A DNA stretch of 64,000 bases from Lepidodermella squamata. Its lineage: Eukaryota > Animalia > Gastrotricha. Position 1 is the first letter of the stretch. Each line of letters begins with the position of its first letter. The translations under genes and the position numbers were made by a program. Where the stretch lies: contig JBLDXI010000032.1 in the NCBI GenBank assembly GCA_047495785.1, positions 310,001 to 374,000 of the forward strand. The letters run 5' to 3'. Under the pieces are notes generated by a model. The model did not search any database, was not told the DNA's origin, and saw only the letters and a list, made by a program, of their open reading frames with translations. Of this stretch, positions 22,374-34,195 are shown in pieces.

Positions 22374-24791
22374 TTAGCACGCAACACTAGGATGTTCAAC
22401 GGCTTTTTCAATTAGTTTTCGATATTCATCAGAAACCGGTCCAAATAAGCTGTTTTCCTCATCCAGAGCCTCGCGAAATGTCGAATCTTTTCGAACCAAG
22501 GCGGCTAAAAGAAACCCAGCACTCAGAGGTAGAATTGGTAGAGGTTCAGCAGCAGCTGGAGTCACATTTTCAGCGACCGCCGCTTCCTTTTTCGCTCTTC
22601 TAGCTCGACGAGTAGGTCGAATCATTGCAGACAACTTAGCCACGACTTTTTGAGGTTCTTCGAACAAAGAAAACAGAACAGCTTCCATCAAAACTTCGCG
22701 ACTGACGATTTCAGGCTTCCGTGAAATCGTTTTCGTCAAACACATGCAGACATCAGCGATTTCTTTCTTCGGATATTCCTTGAATTCGTAGACGAAATTA
22801 AGCAATTTCGCCAGAAAATTGTTCATCCTAGGATGTTTTGCTTGAGTTGCGATCGAGTTCTTCTCGGCATGAGTCAGCATGAGCTGGAAATATTTCGCCG
22901 AGATCGGTACATAATCAGGCAGGTCGAGAAAACATGGAAAAACTCGGCAATGCTTCGAATCTTTCGCCATTTGAGCCGCAATTTCGGGATTCAAGGCGTT
23001 CAGGCCAACAATTAGTCGAACAACTTGAGCCTTTAAACCAGCCAGAGCTTCGATAGGCTTCTCGAATTTTTGACCCATAATTAAATGGCAGGATTTCACG
23101 ATCGCATCTTCAAAATCACTGTCTTCTACAAAAGCATCCGCTTCGACATTTTGCCCGATTTCGCATAGCATTATGAGAACATTGAAAGTACTGCGTAGAT
23201 CAAGAAGAGTATCGTCGATAAAATTGTCCAAATTTTTGGCGAAAAAGGTCAATCTCTGCGACAAATGCGTCCATAAACCAGGTCTTTGGCGGCAAATCGG
23301 CACGAGAAATTCGCGATTTTGAAGCAGTAATTTTTCGTACAAATCAAGCGATCGTCTGGGCGAGTAGCCAACATCCCGTCTCATATTCGATAATTCCATC
23401 ATTTTTTCAATCGGAGGCTGGAGCGACATACTGTTCCAACCATAGAAGTTGAAATGCAGGGTCAGATCGAGAAAATTCAGCGTTTCAAGCAACGTCTGAG
23501 GGTTCATTCGTTTGACTTCGCCTGAAAACCACGGTTCGTTTTGGGAAATGAACTCGAATAAGCGAAGAGATTCAACATAGGTATTTCGAGCCCTCCCGAA
23601 AAAGCTGCGATGGATATTGGTCAATTGTTCCGATACCGACCCAAACATGCCGACAGTTGAGCAATACAGCAATTTCGATAGCCAATAAATGTTGTTGAAA
23701 GGCCGTTGATTGAAGAAATCCGCTCGCTTTTCATCGAATTTTTTCTCGCTAACAGCCAATAAAAATTGAAGCCAAGATGAAATGATGTCGAAGTGAATAA
23801 CTGTAGATTGATGAGCGAGGAAAATCAACGTATCAGAGGCGGTCAAAGTCTGGCCGAAATTGATTAGGAAAGTTTTGACAACAGGTTGCTCGAACAGAAT
23901 TTCGTACAATCTCTCTTCTTCGCGATGATCGGCGTAGACTAGGTCGAAAAATTCGCAAATTAAAGTACATTCAGCGAGGGACCAACGCCGAAAATCAGCT
24001 CTAGTGAAGGCGACCTTCAACGCGTGAATTGACTCAACTTTCGAGAAAACGCCAGCCTTTTCGAGTTTTGCCCAAAAACTGCCGGAACTTGAAGCTACCT
24101 TTTTGTGTTCGTTAAGGTGGTGAATCAAAAATGCGCAGGTCGATGGGCTTTGGCTAGTTTTGGGATTAGTTAAAGTTGCAAGGGTATGTTCAAGATCTAG
24201 AGCGTCCAGTACGCGATTTCCTGAGTTATTTTGCGCAATCATTTCAACCGCCCTGCAAATTTTTTCGCGACTTTCTTTTTCATCCTTAGGCAATGGCTTT
24301 TTCTTCTCTGCAGCCAATTCCTTTCTAGAAGTTGCAACTTGATCTAAGGCCTTCTTCACATAACCCATATGAGCGTATAACATAGCGATTTGAAGGCGAT
24401 AGGTTTGCTCCCAATGATCTTCGTATGCAACAGCGCGAGTGCCAGCCAAAGCAACAGCAAACCCATCTTCACATCGGTTAAGGCAGGCATAGGAATTGAT
24501 AAGGCCAAGATAGGCGACCATGTAAGTTGCATTGCTTTTCATAACACGGTTGAATTCTTTCACGGCATCTTCAAAACGTTCTTCTCTCAGGTAATGCTCA
24601 GCTTTTTCCAGCGCTTTCGACGTATTTATGCGGCCGGTGTATTGGTCGGCGAGACATGACGTTAAGGTGGATCGAAACTCGAAAACATCGTCCTCTGACG
24701 TGATATCAGTCATCGCCTCTGCGATACCGTCGTCATCGTTCGTGTAAACCCCGCAAAATGGGAGTTCAAATTCTTCATCATAGTCAGCCAT
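22374..24791 (-). CDS. TPR/helical-repeat family paralogue 4 (805 aa, intronless)
   Basis: Single ORF with degenerate TPRs (KAEHYLREERFEDAVKEFNRVM; AMLYAHMGY) and family motifs VLDALDLEHTL, PFNNIYW, EPWF, CRQRPGLW. Confidence 0.92.
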   Translation of the reverse strand: MADYDEEFELPFCGVYTNDDDGIAEAMTDITSEDDVFEFRSTLTSCLADQYTGRINTSKALEKAEHYLREERFEDAVKEFNRVMKSNATYMVAYLGLINSYACLNRCEDGFAVALAGTRAVAYEDHWEQTYRLQIAMLYAHMGYVKKALDQVATSRKELAAEKKKPLPKDEKESREKICRAVEMIAQNNSGNRVLDALDLEHTLATLTNPKTSQSPSTCAFLIHHLNEHKKVASSSGSFWAKLEKAGVFSKVESIHALKVAFTRADFRRWSLAECTLICEFFDLVYADHREEERLYEILFEQPVVKTFLINFGQTLTASDTLIFLAHQSTVIHFDIISSWLQFLLAVSEKKFDEKRADFFNQRPFNNIYWLSKLLYCSTVGMFGSVSEQLTNIHRSFFGRARNTYVESLRLFEFISQNEPWFSGEVKRMNPQTLLETLNFLDLTLHFNFYGWNSMSLQPPIEKMMELSNMRRDVGYSPRRSLDLYEKLLLQNREFLVPICRQRPGLWTHLSQRLTFFAKNLDNFIDDTLLDLRSTFNVLIMLCEIGQNVEADAFVEDSDFEDAIVKSCHLIMGQKFEKPIEALAGLKAQVVRLIVGLNALNPEIAAQMAKDSKHCRVFPCFLDLPDYVPISAKYFQLMLTHAEKNSIATQAKHPRMNNFLAKLLNFVYEFKEYPKKEIADVCMCLTKTISRKPEIVSREVLMEAVLFSLFEEPQKVVAKLSAMIRPTRRARRAKKEAAVAENVTPAAAEPLPILPLSAGFLLAALVRKDSTFREALDEENSLFGPVSDEYRKLIEKAVEHPSVAC

Positions 24792-24926
24792 TTGTTAATA
24801 AGAAATATAACTAAAAAAAATTGAAGAACATTTTTTCAAAAATGCAAACAATATGTTGACATGCTAAATATGTTTCATCAGCTATAATGTTATTTTTTGC
24901 TATCGAATGTCTTCGTTCAGTTAATA

Positions 24927-27900
24927 TTAGGCTTTGACTGCATTCGTTTCATCGTGCAGATCAGCCGAAAGACGCTTCCGGGCAGCTCGGAATTTGGAAT
25001 CGTTCCACATGATTTTGCGGCAATTTTCTTCAATCTCGATAAGTAAGGGTAAAAACGTAACAATCGTCATTATAACCATCGTCAAATCGCTTTTGGGCAT
25101 TTTCTTAGCATCAGGGTAACTGCTAGGCGATGCGATAAATCCGACCAATTTTTCCATCAAAGCATCCGCCTTAACAGAGCAAGATTTCAGCGACTTTGCG
25201 AGAAGGTTGCGAGATTTTTCCGATGATTTGATCAGCCGAGACAATACCAAACAACCAGAGGCGATAAAATCGAGATTTTTCGATTTCGTTGCAATGCAAA
25301 ATACTAGTTCAACAATCATGTTTGACACAACATCGGGAATTTTTCTCACTAAATTGTCCGCATAGTTAGGCATAGTTTTCAGAATTGCTGCCAGGAGTTT
25401 GAGTGAATAAGAGCAATTTGCTGATTGTTCTCGTTTTTGCGAGAAAGGAGTGCACCACATTACGAGTTGATGAGCCGACACTTTCGGGTTTGTGACAAAT
25501 TGCTGAGCAAATTTCGCCGATTTCGCGCACAAATGCGTCATTATATTAAGAGATTTGATCGAAATTTCGGTAAGAAAAGAAGCCGGAGTCGATTTAGGAG
25601 CATTTATGCAGTCGACGAAGCGGTACAACGCCCCGGATAGAGCCAGCCAACACCTTTCAATGTGCGGAATTTCGTCAATATCGTCGACAGCAGCCAGGTT
25701 GAGCATAACATCCAGGGTTTTATTGAGATCAGCTTTGAAGTCTTTCAGATTTTCAGGTTCTGAATGGAACAGCGACAGCTTTTTCGCGAGGAAAAACCAG
25801 ACATCGGCGCTGCAGGAACTAGCAATGCGCTTGGAGCCGGTGATTTTCAGCCAAACTAAGAGAATATGAAGTGTTATCAATAAAAATGATGAATACATGA
25901 AATCAAATCAGAAACCGCAGATAAAAGCTCAAACAACGAAAACGAAAAATGCCTCGACCCACCCAAAAAATGCCACCAAAATTCCATCACGTCAAATTCA
26001 ATAATTCCCGCTACTTCCTGAAGAATGAAGTTATGAAGCTGTTCCCCAATGTGTCCGTTTCACGTTTTCGCAGCCAGTTTCCTGAAACTGCTGCACGTAT
26101 CATGCTGCAAGAATAACCACATGGTTACCTGTCATCTTCGGTAAAAGTAGTGGCGAAAGGAAATGTTTCCTTGTCAAATTAATCAGCCTCGCCACCCAAG
26201 CCCGGTAAAGCCCTCTATCAACAGGCTCAAGACCGAGAAACCCAAGGTCATGCAAAATCATTGTAGTTCAAAACATAGGCTCAACTTCTTGACTAAAAAA
26301 CCAAGTCGCTTTCGAGCAGGTATGGTTAACGCATCGTTCAAGTGACAAGGACTATGAATATACTATGAGTTCGACCCGAAACTGATAGCAGCGGAGGGCC
26401 GTCTTAAAATCTTTCCAATGCTCTCATCGATATAACTATTTGTGCGATACGAAAACGTTGATATCGAGGCGGTCGCAGCAATCGCTCAGGGACCCAATTA
26501 CTGTATACGTCGTAATTTTCGTTGCTTTTATTTTCGTTGACCAGATTTCAAGGAAAATTTGAACCCAGCGAAAATTAAAGCCTAATGAAAATTTGGAGCA
26601 ATGACATCGCGTTGTCTGATACCGCATTGCACTTTTACTCGGTCCGAGCCATTGGTGACAACAGCACCGAACCCGTGTACTCATTAATTGACTGAAATTT
26701 AACTTGCTTGACACTTCTAGCGTTTCGAAACTGGTTTCAGTGGTTTTTAGTTAAATAACATAGGAATAAAATTTCGTTGCATTAATTTTCGTTATTTTCC
26801 TCGAAACAACGAAAATATAGCCCTTATAACGAAAATTAAGTCACAAGGAAAAATAAGACGTATACAGTATCCGTTTCATAGCTGCCGGGCCGGCGCGATT
26901 CAGCTAATGCTGTTTTCTTGAGAAGCGGAAAAAATGAAGTCATGCTTCACGGTCAAATTGGAAAACGAAACATTTAACCAATCAGTCTCACCGACACGTG
27001 ACCGAAAGTTCGAATTCGTTTCAAAAATGTATTTGCGATGGGGTGACTGTTGGGATTCTTTTAAATTTAATTTTTTTTTAATTTTTCCTGACTTTTTCTA
27101 GGAACCGTGTGGTTTGATGATGCGATTACCGCCAAGTATTTGCAACGAACATTCGGTAGAGTGTTCGGTGCCGCCATTGCGAAGCCGCATCTGTTGGTAT
27201 GGGACTCTTTCCGATGTCATGTGAGCGATTCTACGAATTCACGGTTGCGTTCCCTCAACATCGATGCGATCGAACCTGTCGAACCTGGTCGCCCAATCGA
27301 TGAGTGGAGGAAAATTACTAGTGGCCCATCGCGTATGAAGCCATCGCCCGCTACAACCCTGCCGGACTTATTATTGAAATTGTGCGGATAAATTTTATCA
27401 TTGGAAAACATTCGAAAACGTACTGAGTTTGTACGAAGAAGATCCAAGCGATCCAAGCTGTCGCCATCGCCAAATACGCCATCGCCTAGTCCGCCAAAAC
27501 CACCCAGGCGGTGGATCCCGGTGGCACCAACGCCGCAGTTAATGCCCGTTGCGGACATCCGGCCTGGTTGTACGACCTGCCGTAAGTCTGATATTACCTG
27601 CTTTGGATGCGGTAAGATTGGGCACTACTTCGGTGCTTGTTGAAAGCCATCATTTGATGATGAGGGCTACCCGCTCTACTTGCCCCGTAACTTGCGCACT
27701 TCTTTCAAGCCTCGTTTAGCACCTAGACGCCTGAACGACTCGTTTCGTGGAATGAGCCGAAATGGTCGTGGAGCTCGATCTGCGAACCATGAAGACGCTT
27801 ACCGTGGTCCTCGGCAGTGGCAACCGAGTCGCGACCGACGGGTCTACAAGTCCGCCGCTGATGCTGCTGCCTATGTAGCTGAGATCGACCCGCCCGCCCA

Positions 27901-30810
27901 GCCCACTGCTTTCGATGACAGTCGACTTGTTGTTGCCACGAACGAAACGACCTACGATTTTGCTCTTGTCAATGCGATGGATGAGTTTGGTGACGGCGAA
28001 GGTAACGACGATGTTTTGGGTCTTGGCCCCGATATCCACTATGCCTGGTATGGCCATGCTGGCTTGAATAAAGATGACAGTGCTTACCCCTCTTTTTCTC
28101 CCACCCCGGTGTTTGAGCATGGGCTTCCAACGGTTTGAGATCCCGGGAAATCGGAGCCAAAGTGAGTGAGCTGTGAAGCCAACCTCTCGTGTTTCACACC
28201 CCAAGGCCGTTGACTTGAATATCTTTTTAATTCCCGGGTTTCCACTTCCCACTGAACCGCCAGGCTCAACCTTTATGTGCCAAACCAGGTAATGTGCGGA
28301 AAAATGCGTAAAAGATGCAAAATGCCTTGACGATGTCAAGGGACTGAAAAAACGTTCCTAGAATGTTAATATTTGAACATTTTTTTGTTAATCTTGCTAC
28401 AAAAACTTCAAAGAAAATAGCATGAAAGGACTAGAAACAAATTGATAGGCTAAAAGTTTTTAATAGCGGCCGGGTTTTGAATTTCGGACCTGATGGCAAC
28501 TCTGATCAAACACCTGGCTCCGTAAATTTTTCCTCAATTTTATCAACCAGATATTTTCAGATGATGGGTGCTAAGCTTTCATTGGATCGCGAACATTTTC
28601 ATTTAAGAAAAATTTAACTTACAATTCGTCATCATTGTGCAGCTTTTCGTCAGCCGATTGCGGTCGTCCATTTTGACGAATAATCCAATAGCACTGAGAA
28701 GCGCGAACACGTGAGTAGTGTATTCAAGGCTATTCATCGCATACGTCTCCATGCTAGTCGTAATTCCACACTGCTCGACCAGCATCGGAAATACCGGAAA
28801 TAACTTCCCGAAAAAATCGAACGAAGGCCCGGGCTCGTCGCAGTCGAAGTAAAAATCGAGGAAAGAATGGTACTTGGACTGGGGTGGTAGTTTTCCTTCG
28901 GTACAGGCCGGGCATAGAACAGGCAGTTTTCGTTCAATTTTCGACTCGTGATGGAACAACTCGTCATTGCCCAGCCGGAGGTAGATCCCATGAATCAATC
29001 CGTACCACAGGACCTCAGAAAACGGTTGAATTTTACACATTTCTGACCGAACTTTCGGGTGCTGCATCAACGCTGCGATCAAGTCGATGTAGCTAAGAAC
29101 AACACCACGGCCGAAATTGCCGGTGGTTGTCACGGTTTCGATCAGAATTTTATCACGCGAAATTTGAATGCCGATATTCGCCAGGAAAATTCGAACGGCT
29201 TTAGCAGACCAGAGCAGGGCGCAAGTTGCTTCATCGCTTCGGCAAATGTCGGCGAGTAAACTGAAGAGCGAGTACAGGACGCAATGAGATAAATGAGTGA
29301 CTTTTTCGAGATTTTTCACAGCGGTAGCACAGATTTCTTTGATGAGCGCACTTTCGGCAAGAAAACGGACTAGATTTTGAGCAATTTTCGCCTGCGAGTC
29401 GACACGTATCCAGTGGTGGTAGCGAATGTGGTACAGCAAGAACATGCATCTATATGAAAGGAAAATACATTATGTCGAGATAAAAGCAACAATTTTGTAG
29501 CTACAACGTAGAAACGTAGGCAATAATAGGTGGTCATGATTTACGCTAGCGGGTTAATGACTAGTAAGAACGTGCAAAGCCATCATGACTCTAAATAACA
29601 CACTCGCAGCAATAAAACGTTTTGCGTCGACCCTTTCATAACCTAGTATTGCGCGTGCGGGGTAGTACTAATAAAAATGATGACTGGAGGAAATCCGAAA
29701 ATATTAGAAGAAATATTTTAAGGAGGATTTACTGATTTTCTCATCAATTTTTTTACTTTGCTTTTCCGCGTTTTAATAAAATATAAAATAAAATATAAAT
29801 ATTATAAATAAAATATTTTTTCAAGAAAAAGTTGATTAGAAATGAGTCACCTTTTCAGTATTTTCCAAACTTTCACAAGTAAAATTTCAGTAATAAATTG
29901 GTGTTTCGTTTTTTCATAAAATTGGCAATTATAAAACATAGAATTTCAATGCTTTCGATAAAAAATTTCGGGATTGTAAAAATATTGAATTTTTTAAGGA
30001 GGATTTTTAAATTTCTAAAACTATTTTTTTATTTCGCTATTTATCATTCAGAATTCGGAGTAACATGGAATATTTTTCTGTTTTGGTCAGTTTCCATGGT
30101 TTCGTCAATAATAATTCACCACAGTAAATTGTTAAGCTAATAAGCAAAACGCGATTTTACCTGAGAGAACTTGCTTCATTCGATTCTGAGCATTTGATCA
30201 AAGTCTCCAAGGTCGCTTTCAAATCCGCACCGTCCAACAGCCTTCTATGACCCGACGGCATTGATTTGATCAAAGATTTCACAAAACTAGCCTCTTCACT
30301 AGTCGGACACTCGCTGATAAATTTACTGCCCATATCGATGTAGCCCATTTTCGTGTAAGCCATCGCATACATCGACTCAGCTTCCATGTCATGCGGGTCG
30401 AGCATGAACGCAGCAATCGCACACGCCACGGCCTGTTCATGCTGATCATTTTTCGAGAAGGTCACCGAAAGTTTGGCGTAAACCTCAGGTAGCAAAGGGC
30501 AAATTTCACGCGCTTTCCCGTACAACGACAAGGCCTTCGGAAATTGCGATGAATTAAAAGCTCTAGTAGCGTTTTCCATTGAAGCCAAAAATTCCTCAGT
30601 TTCCTCCATTTCATCCTCCTGAATACAGTCGTCTTGAAGACTTTCGACCAGTTCATCGGCGTCTGACGCTAAACTCAACTTGCCAATGGCATCCAACGAG
30701 CCGGGCATGTCGTATAAAAACCAGTCAAACTGTTTCTGCTGAGTTCGCCGTTTTACGAAGTCTTCAAAATCAAACGGCCCGAAAAATGAATGGAATAAAC
30801 ACTGATCCAT
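24927..30810 (-). CDS. TPR/helical-repeat family paralogue 5 (801 aa; exons 30810-30161, 29449-28623, 25855-24927)
   Basis: Donor GTAAAA 30160 with acceptor ATATAG 29450 (phase 2). Donor GTAAGT 28622 with acceptor TCTTAG 25856 (phase 1) recreates the family motif N-FWLK. Also LLDGADLKATL and QPFSEVLWY. Confidence 0.85.
26501..26867. mobile_element. MITE with TIRs and TA target-site duplication (Tc1/mariner-pogo type)
   Basis: TA|CTGTATACGTCGTAATTTTCGTTG at the left end and CAAGGAAAAATAAGACGTATACAG|TA at the right end are imperfect inverted repeats. No ORF. Confidence 0.75.
27102..27270 (+). mobile_element. pogo/Tigger DDE transposase fragment
   Basis: WFDDAITAKYLQRTFG...HLLVWDSFRCH contains the pogo 'LLVWD.FRCH' catalytic motif. 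Preceded by a splice acceptor. Confidence 0.75.
27401..28138 (+). mobile_element. LTR-retrotransposon gag remnant with CCHC zinc knuckle
   Basis: CFGCGKIGHYFGAC is a C-x2-C-x4-H-x4-C knuckle, followed by a stop. Flanks are Pro/Arg-rich. Confidence 0.55.
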
Positions 30811-31535
30811 TTGTAATGGTAAAAACAACTAAAAAATTAAGAAATAAAATTCTCAAAGTGATCGATAATGTTTTTAGAATGAGATTAAAGCAGGGCTGGT
30901 ATAAGTTATGTTGATACAATAACGACCATCGGCATGCAAGTCGGTCGATGAGAAAAAGACGGACAGGAGGAAATAAATTGCGGCTGCTAATGAGCTGGTC
31001 GACTGATATTCGTGTTGATTGCGTCGCAGCTTTTCAGCTTCGGTCTGGAAAGAAAGTGAGCGGCTAATTAGAATTTGGGGCAGAAAATCTGCTTTATAAT
31101 GGTAACAAATCTACTGTAATATACCTATTCTGAGTTGTTCCAAAGAAAAAACCCCAAAGGTTTGTTGCCACACAATGAACAATTTAATTTTATTCACCGT
31201 TAAAAATTAGATGCCCAAATATGATTCATAGTTCTCGATTTTATGCCACTAACAATGAAAAATAGATTACTACAATCTCGGCTGAGAATTGCTATGTCCC
31301 TTTCAACAAGGTGTTGAAGAAAGAAAAGGTCCATACCATTATTTTCCGCAAGAAATCTTTGATTGAAAATAAATATTTCAAAAGCCTAGAAACGAAAAAC
31401 AAAAAACTTTAAAAGCCAGATGAGATTGATTGATTTTATTTCAAATCATAATACATTGAAAGATCATTTATTCAGCAGAGGTTACGAGATTGTCATGTTT
31501 CAGATCGGAAAATACTCGTGGAAAATATCACCAAG

Positions 31536-33943
31536 TCAAAATTGCCGCCGTTTAGCTTTGACTTGCATTAGAACTTTGGCGAATAATGGATCGATATTTT
31601 GAAGATTCGCAAACAACTTGTGCAGAGCCGGTGATGAAAGTTCAGCCGGAAGAGGGACAGTATCGCCGAATGGATCGTCATCGTGATTTTCACTCTTTTT
31701 GCTTTGCTTCCGATTTTTACCGCCTTTACCCGATTTTTTACCCTTGCCGGATTTACCACGCTGGCTTTTCGCATTCACCGGCCGTTTGACCCAGTTGATT
31801 AAGTCGTTGAAAAATTGAGGTAACGTCGTTTCATAGGTCTCTTTTATCTCGTCGATGACTAACTTTCGAATTTCATAACCAGCCATTTTCAGCCGATCGT
31901 CCTCAGATGCGACGAATCGAGTCGCAGCCTCGAGTAAACGAGTCATGGCAACGCAGCTCGGGTAAATCGTTTGATCATCGTAGTCACCATCATCACAACT
32001 ATCGACCATAGACAGCGACAAGAAAACTTGTTGTAATGCAGTATGGAAGTCTTCAGTTTCATCCAAAACTAGATCACTGAGTGTTTTATCATCAATAACA
32101 CGCATCATAACCGCGAAAAAATGAAGAGCCCCCTCTTCATCTACTCCTTGATCCATGAATTTGTTGAATTTCAACAGCGGGACCTCGGAAATCAGCCGCT
32201 CAGCAAATTTTTTCGAGGCCGTTGCCAACCTAGCGCCGACTGTAACAGCCGAAATATAGGTATTTTGATAACGCCGTTTCGGGCACATCAATTTCGGAAT
32301 ACTGAACAGCAACATATCGAACCAGGGTCCGTCTTCGAGGCAATTTTCAATTTGAGGCTTTTGGTCCTCATCATCAGTCTCGTAAGCCCATTTATTCAGC
32401 ATATGTTCCATGGCCATTAGGACCCAGGCTGAGCTAGACGGGTCTTTCGTGTCTTTCGACAAACGACGGGCTAACATCATCCATAATTCAGGGATATTCA
32501 ATGCTTTTTCAAACGTAGCTTTATCATTTATGGCCGATCGGTCCCAGAATAAGCAGTAGGCCTCGTCGGGTAGAAAATCATCACCACAGCCATGACTCGA
32601 CGGCTCATAGTCCATCAAACGGTCGCAGATTATTCCGAACGACGCGAAAATCGTGATAGCCTGGTTCAAATCAGCTTCCGGGCATTTAGCGACCAGCTCC
32701 GAGAACCAGTTTTGAACTCGTAGCACACAAATCAGTCGCAGTAGGGCGAAATATGACCCGACATAACGAACCGGGTTCATCATCACGAAGCAAACAGCGG
32801 GTAATCGAAGGAGCCAATCGAGTCGATTAACAACCTGGGTTGATTTGAAAAATTGAACCCGGCTAGATTTACAACTCGCGATCGTCGTCATAAATCGAAT
32901 AAAGTAATCGAACAATTCACGGCCGAATGGAATCAAGTTATTAGCAATCAATTTATGCGTGTACTCTTTCGTCCAAAACGGGGCCAAAGCCGAGGCGAAA
33001 TTAAGGAGGATCGGTGGGATTGAAATGTCTTCCATCATCATCAAAATGCAGCCGAGGAGACGAATTGTGAGTTTCAAATTCAGCGCGTCTTGAATTTCGA
33101 TTTTTGTGAGATCAATATTCGTTGAAAATAGCTGCTTGAAGTACGGAATTAGCAGTAAGCGCTTGCAAAAATCTGAGCTGTACAAGAATCTCTCCGTAGC
33201 TCCATCATCGTCAAACTCGCAGTGTTGCACAATGTGAGTTAGCAAGAACGAATAAGTCCGAGGCGAGTGGTTCGATTGGAAAAATCGTTGAAGGGTAGCG
33301 ATCAGATCAGACCGATCCAATTTACGAGTTTTCGGCTTATTGGCACCAGCGGCTTTTATAATTGACAAGACTTTTTCGTTGGCTTGCTTGCAAAATTCAT
33401 CACCAAAATTTCCCTGACCGTAGGCCATATATTCAGCCATAACATCAGGGTAGCTATATAGAAAATCAATTAATTTCTACAAAATTTACCAAATAAAACT
33501 TACCCCAAATGGGTATAGGCAGCAATCAACAATCCGTAAGCTTTCGGCCAATACTGGTTCGAAATGTAAGAAGCAAACGAGTCGACAACCGCTTCTTCGT
33601 AATTTTTCATCGCTAAATGGCACAAACACGCGTTTGTGTACAGCCTTGAATCATTCGGCGTAAATTTCAACGCCTCATGGTAGCACTTCAACGCTTCAGC
33701 ATGTCGACCTTCGCTGAAATGCGCGTTGCCTTCAGTGCGAAACTGATCAGCTGATGCGCTTCTCTTCTCGAAATCTTCATCAATCAGCTCTTTTTGGATT
33801 CGATGGTGATAATCGAGCATTTTCTGCGGCTCTTCGCAAACTTCAATCAGGCACTTCATGTGTTCTTCCTTATCGACCGGGTCATCTTCAATCAACTTCG
33901 GGTAAACGATCGGGGCACCGAATAATGTCTTCGCGAACGACAT
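31536..33943 (-). CDS. TPR/helical-repeat family paralogue 6 (785 aa; exons 33943-33504, 33453-31536)
   Basis: Starts MSFAKTLFG with canonical TPRs (FRTEGNAHF, LYTNACLC, WPKAY). A 50-nt phase-2 intron gives HLG-YPD. Family motif KLDRSDLIATL. Confidence 0.92.
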
Positions 33944-34195
33944 TATTTTACGTTAATTTTTCCTAAAAGAAATGTTGACAGCTTCATTTCACTGAAAAAC
34001 AGCGGTTACCTAGCAGTTTTATTTCTCAACATGAATGATAATTGCTCATCACAAATTTACACACACGATCAGATCGAAACTAGATTGTTTTAATGCATCA
34101 AAAAATCCACCTTAAAAATTTAAACTTTTTTCAACAGATAATTTTTTCTCGCGAGTTTTTCCGCAAACGTGATGATTTTTTTTGTTCGCCCCGAT

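Noticed and set aside
29760-29830. AT-only low-complexity stretch
   Set aside because: Ordinary simple sequence inside an intron.
24927-30828. Three separate ORFs or a broken pseudogene
   Set aside because: Canonical phase-compatible splice sites join them into one 801-aa protein and recreate family motifs at the junctions.
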